Source: Octopus bimaculoides
Taxonomy: Eukaryota
Length of the DNA stretch: 64,000 bases
Direction: 5' to 3'
Assembly: GCF_001194135.2 (NCBI RefSeq)
Contig: NC_068990.1
Coordinates: 81,339,430 to 81,403,429, forward strand
Shown: positions 13,299-26,478 of the stretch, piece after piece
Numbering within the stretch: position 1 is the first letter of the stretch
Layout of the letters: every line of letters begins with the position of its first letter
The notes under the pieces: generated by a model
What the model saw: the letters and a program-made list of their open reading frames with translations, nothing else
Told to the model about the DNA's origin: nothing
The model's database searches: none
Position numbers and translations under genes: made by a program

Positions 13299-13469
13299 CA
13301 TTGTTGTTGCTGCTGCTGCTGCTGTTGTTGTTGTTGTTGTTGTTGTTTAGCCTCATTTCAACACTGACAGAGTATAACTTATGATCAAGTACATTCCAGC
13401 CGTGGCCATCCTATTTCTTTTCAGAGTTACTACTTTTCATGAATTTTATATATATGTGTGTTTTTTATT

Positions 13470-13925
13470 CTTTTACTTGTTTCAGACAATAGACTGTGGC
13501 CATGCAGGGGCAATTACTTTGGAAGGTTTGTCTTCGTTAACTCAACTTCAACATTTATTGTAAGTGTAGTATATTTTTCTATCGAATTCCATTTGCCTAA
13601 CCGCCATTTTACAGAGATAGAACTAATTAAGCGGCGAAACACACACACACGCACACATAATGATATATGTGCATATAAATATGTGTGTGTGTATGCGTGT
13701 GTACATATGTAAGTGCAGACAGACACACACACGCACATACATACATACATACATACATACATACACATACGTATTCGGTATATGTTAGGCGTCGACACAA
13801 TTTCCGTCTATCAAATTCATTGACAGTTGGCCAGCCCTGGGCTATTATAGAAGATGCTCCAAAGTGTGCCATATGAAGTTACTAAACCGGAATCCACGTG
13901 GTTGCAAAACGAATTTCATTTCATA
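13470..13925 (-). mobile_element. Diverged SINE family B split by internal microsatellite
   Basis: Tail rc ttttacttgtttcagacaatagactgtggccatgc at about 13470; head rc aatttccgtctatcaaattc...ccacgtggttgc at about 13800-13920; (CA)n/(TACA)n between them. Confidence 0.7.
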
Positions 13926-15585
13926 GCAATGCCTGGTTTAGAATTTTATATTTGGCGTGCCTTCTTTTTTAACGTTTGAGTATGATTTGAGCGGGAAATA
14001 TCTGTTACTTCTAGCAGATCGAATAATTCCTTAGAAGCATCCTAGTTGCTTCATGTTTGCTAGTTTTATAATAGACTCGCTGTAGTAGTCAGCACTAACA
14101 TGACATTTACTCGATGTGGGTTAGATTTGAATAGAAACTCAGAGCAGATTTATTGTAACGATTGACAGCCAAAATGAAATCAAAGTATGAATGAAATATC
14201 TTAAAATATACTTTCGATTATAATCAGATGACGATGATAATTTTGCGCATGCGTTTCAATAATTGGCGTATTCTAATACTTCACTCTTTGATTATGTACA
14301 CACAATTCAATGAAAATATTTCTGCCTTTACATTAGAGTCACGGTTGTGAGTGTCGTCATAGATTGGATGTTATTGCTTTCACTGAGGATAATATTAACA
14401 GTCACGTCTGAAGTTTTATGGTCTTTCCACAAGAATAAATTTAGTTTAAAAGGTTTTGTTCATATACATCACGTGATTCTGTTAATACTTCCGGTTAATT
14501 AAAAACACAAGCTTATTATTGAAATTTTGCTTTGAAATCGGCCCATTATTATTTGATTAGGAAACAACTTCCTATGATAATATTGCTCTCACACGCACAC
14601 ATCCTCATTTGAATTTACTTGAACACAATCTGAACACATAGGCAGGGATGTTTTAACGGTCCTTATCGCCATTATTACAAATAGGCATTATTTGTGTTAT
14701 TGTTTTCGTTTCCAATTCTTATTGACACGATTTCATAGTCTCTAACTATATTTTATTGCATGTCAAAGCAAACGTTATTCTATTATCGCAGTCGAATGCA
14801 TTATTATTATCATGTCTATCTCTTGGACGATCTCTGACCGCCCAATCAATGATTATCAAAGCGTATTTGATCTCAACCCGACCATTTCAAACTGATTGTC
14901 TTCGGATAAACAACAGCCTAGAGATGTTATCTGAACTCTTGGCCAGGAGGTAAAAAGTCGAACAATAGGCTGTTATGACTCATAATTATAGCCAACAGAC
15001 GGCATGAAGCTTTTAATATCGACGTCCTGTAGCGAAATCCTCACTATCAATGCTAGATTGAAAACAAGGCGACAAAACTGTATCACTAATATCTCTTGTA
15101 CTGTTTTATCACTGTGAAATCTAAGAGAAATGATCAGAAATATGGTTAACAGTGCAATCGTTGATTCAAAACTACAAGATATTTCTGAATATAACTCATA
15201 AGTTATTGAAATAATGCCTGATATCAAACAAAGATAATATTCATAAGTTCTTAGATGAACAAGTTTCCCAATACTATGGACAATATTATTTAACGATAGC
15301 CATCAATCGTTCTAAAAATGAAAATTCTATTGTTGTCGGATTTGGGTACGAAAGTATCAAAGAATAAGGAGCTTTGGGTGATGTTGGTGGGGAAGGCTTC
15401 AGACGGAATATGGGATCTTTTACACAAACTATATTCTTATGTATATATATTCATTTCGGCTTATGTCTGTGTGTATGCGTTCGCGCGCTCGTATGTGTAC
15501 GTGTGTGCGTGCATGTGTGTATATGTGTGTATGTGTGTATGTGAGTGCATGCGCCCACGTATCTGCACAGAAAAGCATTAATCTT

Positions 15586-15800
15586 TTACTCTTTTACTCT
15601 TTTACTTGTTTCAGTCATTTGACTGCGGCCATGCTGGAGCACCGCCTTTAGTCGAGCAAATCGACTCCAGGACTTATTCTTTGGAAGTCTAGTACTTATT
15701 CTATCGGTCGCTTTTGCCAAACCGTTAAGTTACGGGGACATAAACACACCACCATCGGTTGTCAAGCGATGGTGGGGGGGACAGACACAGACACACAAGC
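15586..15800 (-). mobile_element. SINE family B 3' half
   Basis: (ttttactc)n ttgtttcagtcatttgactgcggccatgctggagcaccgcctttagtcgagcaaatcgac is rc of the family-B tail. Shorter tail fragments occur at about 24150-24230, 25495-25610 and 54915-54960. Confidence 0.9.
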
Positions 15801-16758
15801 ATATACACACACATACATATATATGTATAACCCAAAGGTTTTAGCCCTTACTGCATACAAAAGCTAAAGGGAAGTCCCATCGGTCTAGCGTGATATCCTG
15901 TACATGTGTGTGAAAGCCTGGACAAACTTTGTTGAGGAAGATTGGCAGCTATCCAAGCAAATAAGTCTCGGCTTTCCGAAATAACAACGTTATCCAATAG
16001 AAAACCAGCCGACTTGGCCGACACCGCTCGGTACCTGCGTCGTCGCAGACTTGATTGTCAGCATCTAAAGAACTGAAGAAGATAACGTAAGGCATTTTCT
16101 CTAACGGATCCAGTAATCTACCGCCCTGAATTGTAATAGAGAATCAGGCGAGTTATCTTAACTTTGTGTTTTGATAACAACGCCTACGACGATAATGGTG
16201 TCAAGCTGTGTCGGTTCAAGTCGACCGCCTTTCCATTAGATAACATTGATATTGCGACGAGAGAAGACTTTGATGCATGGACAACTACCGGTCTTCCTCA
16301 CAAGCAACTTGCTTAGGCTTGCTTATATACAATGGGATTTGAACTCAGGGAGCTGAGTATCAGGACAAATATTGTGGGGCATTCTATCAAACATTCTATT
16401 AAGTTTGTTTATTAAGTTTGTCATACTTAGTATGTAAGCTAATTAAACAAATTAGATATATTGGATTTCAGTAAATGGCTATAATGTTTGTACAGTTTCA
16501 TTGCAAACGGAAAACGATTCTAGTTTCAGATATGTTTATCTTCCCTTCAGCAACAACTTACTCTTTTCTTGACTGTCAACATTGAAATTATATAAACAAG
16601 ACTGTTGTTTGAGTGCTTTTAATTGATGAAGTTAATTTCAATTAGTTAACCTATTAGTATACAAAACCAACACTACGAACGGGTCAGTAATTTATTCACT
16701 CAAAATATCTACCAAAATGCGTTCAATCAGTGGAGCCGATTAAATGAAGCCCTTAAAT

Positions 16759-17190
16759 AGGCGCAGGCGTGGCTGTGTGGTAAGGAGCTTGCTTCCCAAC
16801 CACATGGTTCTGGGTTCAATCTCACCGCGTAGCACCTTGGAGACAAGTGCCTTCTACTATAGCCTCGGACCAACCAAGGCCTTGTGCGTGTATTTGGTAG
16901 ACGGAAACTGAAAGAATCCTGTCGTAAATATATGTGTTATGGGGGGACGTATGGCTGTGTATGTGTGGGTGTGATTGTGTTTGTGCTTGTCCTCCCCCAT
17001 CAGCACTTGACAACCTGCGTTCTTGTGTTTACGACCCCGTAACTTAGCGGTTCAGCAAAAGGGACATATAGCATTAGTACTAGGCTTACAAAAATAAGTC
17101 CTGCGATCGATTTGTTCGACGACTAAAACCCCTTAAGGTGATGCTCCAGCATGGCCACGGTCAAATGAGTGAAACAAGTAAAAGACTAAA
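16759..17190 (+). mobile_element. SINE family B, full length
   Basis: aggcgcaggcgtggctgtgtggtaaggagcttgcttcccaaccacatggttctgggttcaatc (A/B boxes), short internal repeat, tail ctccagcatggccacggtcaaatgagtgaaacaagtaaaag. Confidence 0.9.
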
Positions 17191-17482
17191 TAACAGTGAC
17201 TATGATGATTATGAGTTTATGATGTTAGCGTTTCTAACATTTAATGATGGGAGTGGAGGATGATGTTTGTCTAGTGGTTCAGCTGTTGAACTGGTTTCAA
17301 TGACGTGGGTTAGATTCCAGGACCGGTAGTGGGTCCTTGGGCAAGATGAGTCAAGTTCCTCCAGGGATTAACCCAGATGGCTTGCACTTGTAGTGCGCAT
17401 ATTTGATTCAGTGCTACCAAGTACGATCGCCTACAGCCGGGTAAGCAATGGTCGATGCCTCGACAAATGAGAAAGAAGAGCA

Positions 17483-17857
17483 CTAAGAGAGCGCAAACCT
17501 CCGCCAAGGCAACACCAACGTCCTCTCAACGATTAGCCAGAGATGATTTTTAAAATGAGAATCTCTGAAATAAACTCGAAATAAACTCGACAGCTCTCTC
17601 AAACGAGAACACTAAAAATGAACCCGACCGCTCTCAAAAATTAAGTAAAAAAAAGAAAAACAGCAAAAGTAATCCAGAATCCTTGTCCGGTACCGGATCG
17701 TTCCCCAAATCTAATCAGTTCGTGCCAGTTACGAGGCCAAATATTCCTGAAAATTTCATCCGAATACATTCAGCTGTTCTTGAGATATTTTGTCCACGGA
17801 CAAACAAACAAACACGACTGAAAACAATATCTCAGCCTTCGCTAAGGCGGAGGTAAT
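17483..17857 (+). mobile_element. Helentron-like (DINE/HINE-type) non-autonomous element
   Basis: Subterminal inverted repeats acctccgcc (17497) and ggcggaggt (about 17846-17854), a 3' stem-loop gcctt-cgct-aaggc (17835-17848), and a (caaa)n microsatellite before the 3' end. This is the organisation known for Helentron-associated elements. Confidence 0.65.
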
Positions 17858-19095
17858 AATCTGTTCAAAAATCTGATGTACAACAATCACTTCGAAGATA
17901 TGCAACAGCAGTTCTTCAAGAGTAGAAGACATCGTAAGTAACATGCCGCTCACTTTTACAGTAAGAGGTATTGAGATGTGGCGAGAAATCGCGGTCACAA
18001 TCCCAAAAGCAAGAAAAACGAGAAGAAAGAAGAGCAATTCTTGACTTCTATAACTGAGCATTTATAAAACCCATCAGTGACTAAAACTGTACATCAACAT
18101 TTGGGATTTACAATCACTGAAGACAGCAAAAATCAAGAGGGACAGGATCGGGTCCGATGGGCATCCATAAGGAACTTAGTGTATAAGCGTATGTTTGTAT
18201 ATATTTGTTGCTTGCGTGTGTATGTATGTATGTGTCAGAAATTGGGTGTGCTGGTGTGTAGGCGTATGTGTTTGGATCAAAGGACCAGAATATTATCCAC
18301 ACTGACTTATAGTGTTAAGATAAGTGGTTATTCAAGGCTTTCAGTGCTCATGACGTTTTTTCACACAGACACACAAACACACACATACACACATATAAAT
18401 ATATATATTAATATGTATGTATGTATGTATGTATGTTCATGCTTGATCAACTTTTCTCTCATGAATTTATGCATATATTCTTTACCACCAAAGAAAAAAT
18501 AGCCAGCCTATTATTCTAATGCATAAGAGACAGCCATGCATTAGAAAACATAATAATCTTGGATCACCACATTTATTGATGTTCACGATCTATTCTGTTG
18601 TTGAAAACTAACTTCTTTGGTTTGATTACACCGTCATTCATGCTCTTGATATCTCTTAATCTTTTCAAATTTCATATTTTTCCTTTCCTCTGTGCTATCT
18701 ATATTTCCCGTCACAGTGAATACCAACAATTCTGGTTGATATTACACGACCTTGCCTTGGCGAACTCTTTGGCCGCTTAATCCTGGATGTAAAAATTAAT
18801 CTTCAATGTCAACGACTAAATCTTGATCCGTGCATAATCTCGCTATTAATTTCTTTTAAGTTCAGTCTCTTTCAATTTCTCATGATGTTCACAGCTGCTT
18901 AAACCGTTTCTAACTTGCATGTTTTGTCAGCAGCGGTGAAGGAAGACGTGAATGGAAGAAAATAAGAAAGGATTCTTAGAAACTAGGACAACCAATATAA
19001 TTATTTCCAGCATGCAGCAGTTCTAATCAAAAAAATAATCATCTCAGCATCATTGTTACCAATCTTCTTAGACGCTTTTATTTCCAGCCTATGTG

Positions 19096-19143
<48 letters not shown>

Positions 19144-19293
19144 TGTGCATGTGTGTGTGTACGTATACCTATAGTATATATGTATATATATGAACGTATT
19201 TTTATATGTGGATATGTATATATACATGCATATACGTTCATATATAGGAATATATGAGAATATATATGTATCTGTTTATATATAGATATATCA

Positions 19294-19346
<53 letters not shown>

Positions 19347-19349
19347 ATA

Positions 19350-20179
19350 TAGGATGCGATAGGTAAATTGTCACCATTTTATATTTTTTATTTCGCGCAT
19401 GCGCATTATTTGTTCTTTGATTTTGTCAACTACACAGTAAAGTAGGGTCAGTTGGGAAAAACCTGGAAACGACATGATGTACTGCTTGGCGTTCGCGCCG
19501 GAAGCTCCAATACGATCGTTTCAGAGTGTTTGGGTGTCAATCTAAGGACAGTGCAATCTGAGGACATTTACCGAGAGTGATAAAAATCAAACATCCATTT
19601 AACATCATGGTGTTTGGAGTGGTCACTAGTGATGGCAACGTTATGCCTCCATACATCTTCCCACTCGACCTAAGACTCAATATGGAGGCCTACATCAAAT
19701 ACTTGGAGGAGGTAGTGCTGCCTTGGGTCAAGAGGGTAGCTGCTAGAAGACCTTATACCTGGAAACAGGACTCTGCACCATGCCACAGAAGCAGAAGACC
19801 CAGTTATGGTTGTCATACAATTTCTGTGACCACATCAACCCTAACCCTAACCTTAACACGTTGCCACCTAACTCCTCAGACTGCAGCCCCCTTGACTATT
19901 ATGTGCGGGGTGCAGTTGAACGAGAGGCCAACAAAACTCCTTGTAAAACCAAAGATGAACCGAAGGCAAGGATTATGGCAGCATTCACCAACACAGACAA
20001 GGAGACCCTCCAGAAGAGGTGCAAGAGAATCCGAAGTCGTCTAAAGGCTGTGGCTGAAGCCAATGGCGATTTTATTGAATAAATTTACTCTTTAGTATTT
20101 CAAGATATTTTAATATAATTTTGGTAAACATATCTGTTAAAATGAGACGTCAGTGTTATTTCCATTTTTGCATAATTTA
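19350..20179 (+). mobile_element. Internally deleted Tc1/mariner DD37D (maT-type) transposon; transposase pseudogene
   Basis: 5' end after TA reads aggatgcgataggtaaattgtc (TIR-like). HTH fragment RHDVLLGVRAGSSNTIVSECLGVNLRTVQ starts at 19470 and is fused to KHPFNIMVFGVVTSDG...QDSAPCH, then after a frameshift ...PPNSSDCSPLDYYV...AEANGDFIE* (stop at 20082). D2-D3 spacing is 41, or 37 after removing a 12-bp insertion. No 3' TIR seen. Confidence 0.9.
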
Positions 20180-20820
20180 TGCATATATGTAAGTGTGCGC
20201 ATGCGCTCGTGTATGTATATCTCCATACTGCATATCTTGCGCTTTTTCCCTCTGATCTTGAAATACAATCATTTCTTTCTTTCTTCTTTACTCTTTATTT
20301 ATTATTATTTGGAGGGGTAGGGTTATTTGATATCACATCAATGAATTTTAGATGCATCTTTAATGAATCTCTAAGATATTGATATTTAGAATTTTATGGT
20401 TTGTTATTGTCTTGTTTTATCTTCCAATTCTTAGTTTGTAAGTTTTCCTCAATGTACTTTACATAATATTCGCCAGTAGCAGTCGATTCTTTTTCTATGA
20501 AATTAGTTTTCTTTGAGATTTTTCATTTGACGTTGTTTCGTTAAATCTGCCTTTTTTCATATCTTTAATTCAATGATAATGTATGTGTGTGTGTATGTAT
20601 GCATATATGTATGTATATATGTCTGTATTATGTATGTGTATATATGAACATATGAACGTACGAGTATATGTATACGTATATGTATGAATGCATGTATAGA
20701 CAAATATGTGCGTATATATGTACGTATTGATGCAAGTATGTATGTATAAAGTATTATATATGCATATGCGTATGATGCACGAATATGTATATGCGTGTGT
20801 CTGCGTATATGTATTTATAT

Positions 20821-20855
<35 letters not shown>

Positions 20856-20882
20856 TGCTTATATGTATGAGAGCATGAATGA

Positions 20883-20913
<31 letters not shown>

Positions 20914-21269
20914 TGTATGTATGCATGTATGTACAATTCTGACGATGTCTTCAAGATGCTTATCTGTGCCTTACCTTCTGTTAATACTATTCTCCTCTGA
21001 GAGGTTTGATATTTATTTCAAATTTAAAACCATTATGTTAGATATCCATGTTACCCCACAGTGTTGTTGTTAAATTAGTACAATGCATAAAGCTGGTACT
21101 GAAATAATATTGTTAATGATACTATTACTGATGGTTACCCCAGTCGATTTCGACGTATGGGTGCCTGAACGAGAGGATTTAAAGAGAGATAGAGACAGAG
21201 AGAGTCAAAGAGACAGAGAGTGAGAGAGAAAGTGAGAGAGAGTGAGAAAACTTTAGAAATAAAAGAAGT

Positions 21270-22480
21270 TGCGTTGATGGGCGCATGAGTGTAATTATAT
21301 AGGTGCATGAATGTAATTTGTGTCCAAGTATGGATTTTTCTATGAGGTTACAAGGAGGACACTGGTGATTTTTATATTGTTTAGGATTGGACAAATGTGT
21401 CTGTTGATTGATGGATATAAATCTTTTATTGTTCTGTTTCTTTAACTCAAATTGTTTTGATGCATCATGACACATTTTACACCATGCAGATCGATCTAGA
21501 CAATGACATTCCAAAGATGTCAAATTAAGCTGTAGAGATTTTAGTGATTGTTTCAACTTATTCTTATACCTAAGGACTGGTCTTCCTTTACCGCAGTATT
21601 CCTCTACAAAAGAATTTTCTTTCATTCAAACAAGATGTCCTTGCCATCTGCACTGAATTATCAACAGCATTCTTTTGATACTGGAGATTTTCCCTAAGAT
21701 TTTGACAATTGATATCTTATCTTGCTATATTAATGCTGCGGATACTGTGCAGACAGCACATATGAAAGGTTTCAAGTTTCTTTAAATATCTGTAGAAGTG
21801 AGTCCATGCTTCTGCCTCATACAAAAATGTGCTCAAAATACAAGATATGTATACACTTATTTTAGTTTTCAGACTGACATCGTGTTCATTCCACAAACGA
21901 TGGGAAAGTTTTCCAAAAGCATTGTAGCTTTAGATATTGTAACATTGATTTTATCAGTACTCTTAAAGTTTATTGTACATCCAAGATCTGATCAATTTAA
22001 GTGGCTTGTTGCCAATCATCACATTTGAATCTCGAATATGCTCTACCCCAGGCTTTGGCTGGAATAAAACTACAGTCATCTTCATGCTGATAGTCAGTCC
22101 AAATGCACAACCTACCGTAGCAAACATGTCGACTCTTTCCCGAATTCCCTCAAATGTATGAAAAATCGAAGCGCAATCATCAGCAAGCAGAAAATCACGT
22201 AGAATCTCTTCCTTGGACTTTTAGGTTTATAAGACCTTCGCCGGCGCGAAACTAGAATTTTACACCATTTTGGTAATCCCTTTTGATAATCATCAACAAA
22301 TGTAACTAGAGTCACCATAGACACTCCAAATGTTAGACCTCACTCCCATCGAGAATCTCCCTCGACGAAAGTATATCCTTCACTGGGTAAGCATCTCAAA
22401 GACTGACTTTTCACTTCAGAGCCAGAAAATATTTCATCTTCCTTCTATTTGTTAACACTGTACAAACTTCCACTAAAGCC
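21270..22480 (-). mobile_element. RTE (BovB-like) LINE, 3' part of RT ORF, pseudogenised
   Basis: Minus-strand translation: RDFLLADDCASIFH...VDMFATVGCAFGLTISMKMTVVLFQPKPG; GKLSHRLWNEHDVSLKTKISVYISCILSTFLYEAEAWT...LETFHMCCLHSI; GRPVLRYKNKLKQSLK...DRSAWCK; C-terminal CPPCNLIEKSILGHKLH. These are characteristic RTE-clade motifs. Confidence 0.92.
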
Positions 22481-24534
22481 CACAGTGGATGGTGTTGCTG
22501 CTGCACCTACTGACAACCGAGACCACATTCATGAAAATGCCACTCAAGTGACAGAGAATATTACTGGTGTTTTCATCGACTTCATAGAGATAAAAGAATA
22601 AAAGTGTTTAATAACTTAGTTATCTGTTCAACCACGGTAACGGTTTTACTCTCTTTCTTAACACTCTACGCAAAATTATGGTTTACTGCATATTTCCACG
22701 CTCAGCTTAAAATCGCCAACAAGGGAGTTTCAACATGATCAACCGGCTTACTAGAAATATCAGCCGTTTCTCATTCATATTATATCATACCCTGCTTTCT
22801 TAAAGAAGAAAAATAAGGTATTACATAACGTGGTCCTTCGTAGACAACCCTAAAAAGGATTAGATTGTCATGATTGGAATGTTTCGATCGTGCAGATCCG
22901 GGACTGAATAACTAAATTAGAGCTCAAAAATGTCTGTGGGCCCTTATATCTATGTCTCATTACTGCCCTTTTATCATACACGTATGTCTAACTCCTATAG
23001 ACCAGTGTTTAAAACGCAAATAAACGGTAAGTTGGAATCATTTCAGAGGGTAATGTATTTAAACTATATTTACACGGCTCAACAGTAAACAACAACATAT
23101 GCTCGAAGGTGAGATGGTTCCTATGTATTTAGCAACAGTTTTAAATCAGTGATTTAAAACAATTCGTGCATTTTAAACACGGAGAGTCACGACTTTGTTT
23201 GACATCGATAGGTTAAAAGAAAATATCGATAAAAGTTTACTTTGAACAGTAGAGCAGAGAAATGAACTCAACAGAGGTTAGGGTCATCTGTTGTTCTCTG
23301 TAGTTGTAATATTTATGTATTTACTTCTTTATTCATTTATTCAATTTTACAGGAAATAGTTAACAAAAGTCTATATCTGGATAGCAGAGATTTTTATCTT
23401 TCAATTACTTTGTAAACAAATTATTCGTGTTCTTTGTTCATTAATACTGTTATATGTTTTTCTTGCTAACGATCTAATATTTAATTACGAGAATATTTGT
23501 TTTCTAAATAATAAAAATAATTTAATTACTCGACTGAGATTTCTCGGTCATGCTTTTTGAATTTCTTAATTTTATTTTTATTTTTTCGGAATAATTAAAT
23601 ATATTCTCCATATCGAAGCATAAAAGGAAAAACAAGCGAAAAGAGATAGAGAGTGAGAGAGGTAGAGAAAACATAGAGGCAAATGAAAATGGAGGGGATT
23701 TCAATGAACCCATGAGGAAATCTCTACGTGGGGACTTGATCAGCCAAATCCGCATAAAATCGCACACTTAAGATAAAAGAACGGGTCATTGAATAAATTC
23801 GTCCAATTAAATAAAACGGGATGGCCTTGGTTTATATGCATTTGGTCATAGGCGGCGGTTCGATCAGGTCTGACTTATACTAAACAATGAGGACTTATGT
23901 ACACCTGCTCACGCCAATTAACACATTATTGTGTATGACTAAACAAGTATACAGAGATAAGAGGAACAAACTGTTGACCTACTCAAAAGTGTTAGAGTTT
24001 ACTCGGCAGAAGAGTTTACATGCTATTAACAGTTCTATCTGGTGTTTTACTGTGATACATAACTTTGGCACGCGGACGTGCACACCCAGTCTGTGGTTTA
24101 AAACCAGTTCCTGGTCACTGTATGCATTCTTTGTTTTGTTTTTTTTTTTTTCTTTACTTACTTCAGTCATTTGACTGCGGCCATGCTGCAGCACCGCCTT
24201 AAAGGATCTTTAAGCCGAAGAAATCGACTCTCCATAAATCCCATAAATTATTTATGCCGCAAGCATTTGGGCTAAATTGCTTCGGCAGCAATCAATCCAT
24301 GATAGAGTCCGTTAAGTTCACTTGCCGTGTGAAATGAAGAATCTACCATTCCGTCCTCTTGCATTGTTTGAGGACGGGAAAATAGGTGGAGTTCATTGTC
24401 GTTTTAGTTACAAATATAATAAAAACATGGCTTTGCAAGGCAGTTGCAGCGTCATATATTAACTGTGTGACGTATTAGCTATATGAGGTATTAAATATGA
24501 AGCGTATTAGTTAGTCAAACATCGTAATCATTAA

Positions 24535-24690
24535 GTGAGTTGTCTAATGGTTATGTTGTTGGTTTCACTATCATAATTCCGTAAGTAAAATTCCCTGGAC
24601 TAGGCTGTACGTTGTGTCTTTGAGCAAGTCACTTCAATTCGTTTCAAGTTCCTCCAGTCTAATCATATGAAAATGAGTACCAGCCAAGTG
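24535..24690 (+). mobile_element. Old tRNA-derived SINE with CORE/V-like central domain
   Basis: Degenerate A-box (ttgtctaatggttatg), then gtgtctttgagcaagtcacttc...ctccagtc...gaaaatgagtaccag, resembling CORE-type SINE central domains. A similar old copy lies at about 17262-17445. Confidence 0.5.
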
Positions 24691-25273
24691 CTGCTGCAGC
24701 ATTTCTCCTCCAGCCTCTGGGCAAGCACTGAAAAAGTCGACAGAGTGTTTATGTCTGCTCTCGAGTACATGCCGAAGACAATTTACAAAAGTATGGATTC
24801 TGTTACCAAACCACTCTCGTTATCAGGTGACAGGGAGTGTCTCTAAATAAACAACAGTTGTATGACATAATACTAATGCGTTTTACTAGTTTTCTGATGC
24901 TTCAGATATATTACTTATCACGTGTTTGCATTCTCACTTCTTAACTCGGTGTCAAATGAAGATGTGCGCGGCAATTGACGCCACAAAGTTTCACAATCCC
25001 ATTTCTTCTATTTATGAATTTCATATTTAATTCTTGCTGCTAAAAGATAAGAGGATAGGCTGTAACTCTTGTCCCAGACTAAAGTATAGGAAATATTTAG
25101 GAGGACATTCTCAGTTCAACTGTTTACAATAGTTAAACCTTTTGCTCCTTGAATATTAGCTGACGGTCTTTTGCTAGTATCTTTGTCTGGTAAAGCGATA
25201 TTTTATGTTCCAACATCTTCCCCCATCCACCAGGTACATAATTACGCAGGCAGGCAGGCACACACACACACAC

Positions 25274-25349
<76 letters not shown>

Positions 25350-25391
25350 ACACATGTATATATAATATATAATATATAATATATATATACA

Positions 25392-25425
<34 letters not shown>

Positions 25426-26316
25426 AACATATATATGTATATATATATATACATATAAGCACATATATGCATTTATATATTATTTCAATCTCTTACTGTT
25501 GTACTTATTGCAGTCATTTGACTTTGACCATGCTGGAGCACAACCTTAAAAGGTTTCTTTTTCAGTCGAAGAACCTATTCTTTGTAAGACTAGTAGTTAT
25601 TCTATGGATGCTTATATATATANNNNNNNNNNNNNNNNNNNNNNNNNNNNNNNNNNNNNNNNNNNNNNNNNNNNNNNNNNNNNNNNNNNNNNNNNNNNNN
25701 NNNNNNNNNNNNNNNATATATATATTATATGTATGGCTATATGGATATATATGTATGTATGTATATATACATATATTACTATGTATGTATGTATAGATGG
25801 GCATCTGTATATATATTCAAAAACAAGGACAGTGATTGTGTGTCTATAAACTTTTGTATGAAAGAGAGAGAGAGTGTATATATGTGTGTGTGTGTTTGTG
25901 TGTGTTTGAATGTATGTGTAATTAACGCAAGATTATGATGAATGTTACTGTGGTCCTATGTATCATATTTTATGTTCCATAATATATTCTTGCATAGACC
26001 AATCGCATCATTTCCTTCAGTGAGTTAGACTAGATGTAGCAAATACCGCCATTCTAGAATACAGCATTCTGAAAACAGGGTCATGTGAGGTTGTGTAAAC
26101 ATCGATACCACCATGGTTTTATGGCAATTAATGTTCTACACATCATAAAACATAAAACGCTTGGAAGAAAATATGAAACTGTAATATGTAAAGTAAATAT
26201 GAACTAAAAGATATAGTCGTGTACCAAAGTATTTTGTTATATCTAACAATTATATTTTTCCAATGAATGTTACGCAGAATAAATGCACATACATATTCAT
26301 AAATATATACACGCAT

Positions 26317-26450
26317 AGGTGCAAGAGTGTAGCTTGCTTACCAAGCACATTGTTCAGGGTTCAGTCCCACTGCGTGGTAACTTGGACAAGTGTCTTCTAC
26401 TATAGCCTTGGACCGACCAAATCCTTGTGAGTGGATTTCTAGACGGAAAA
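26317..26450 (+). mobile_element. SINE family B 5' half
   Basis: aggtgcaagagtgt...gcttgcttaccaagcacattgttcagggttcagtcccactgcgtgg...cttgtgagtggatttctagacggaaa. Confidence 0.85.
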
Positions 26451-26478
26451 TACGCGTTCAAGAATTTCTGTAAAATGA

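Noticed and set aside
18560-18900. Minus-strand TVTGNIDS-like string resembling RTE-X C-terminus
   Set aside because: Too degenerate to support without a profile search.
23003-23182. Possible hAT-like MITE (cagtgtttaaaacgca / tgcattttaaacacgg, 14 of 16 matches)
   Set aside because: No 8-bp target-site duplication; short AT-rich inverted match only.
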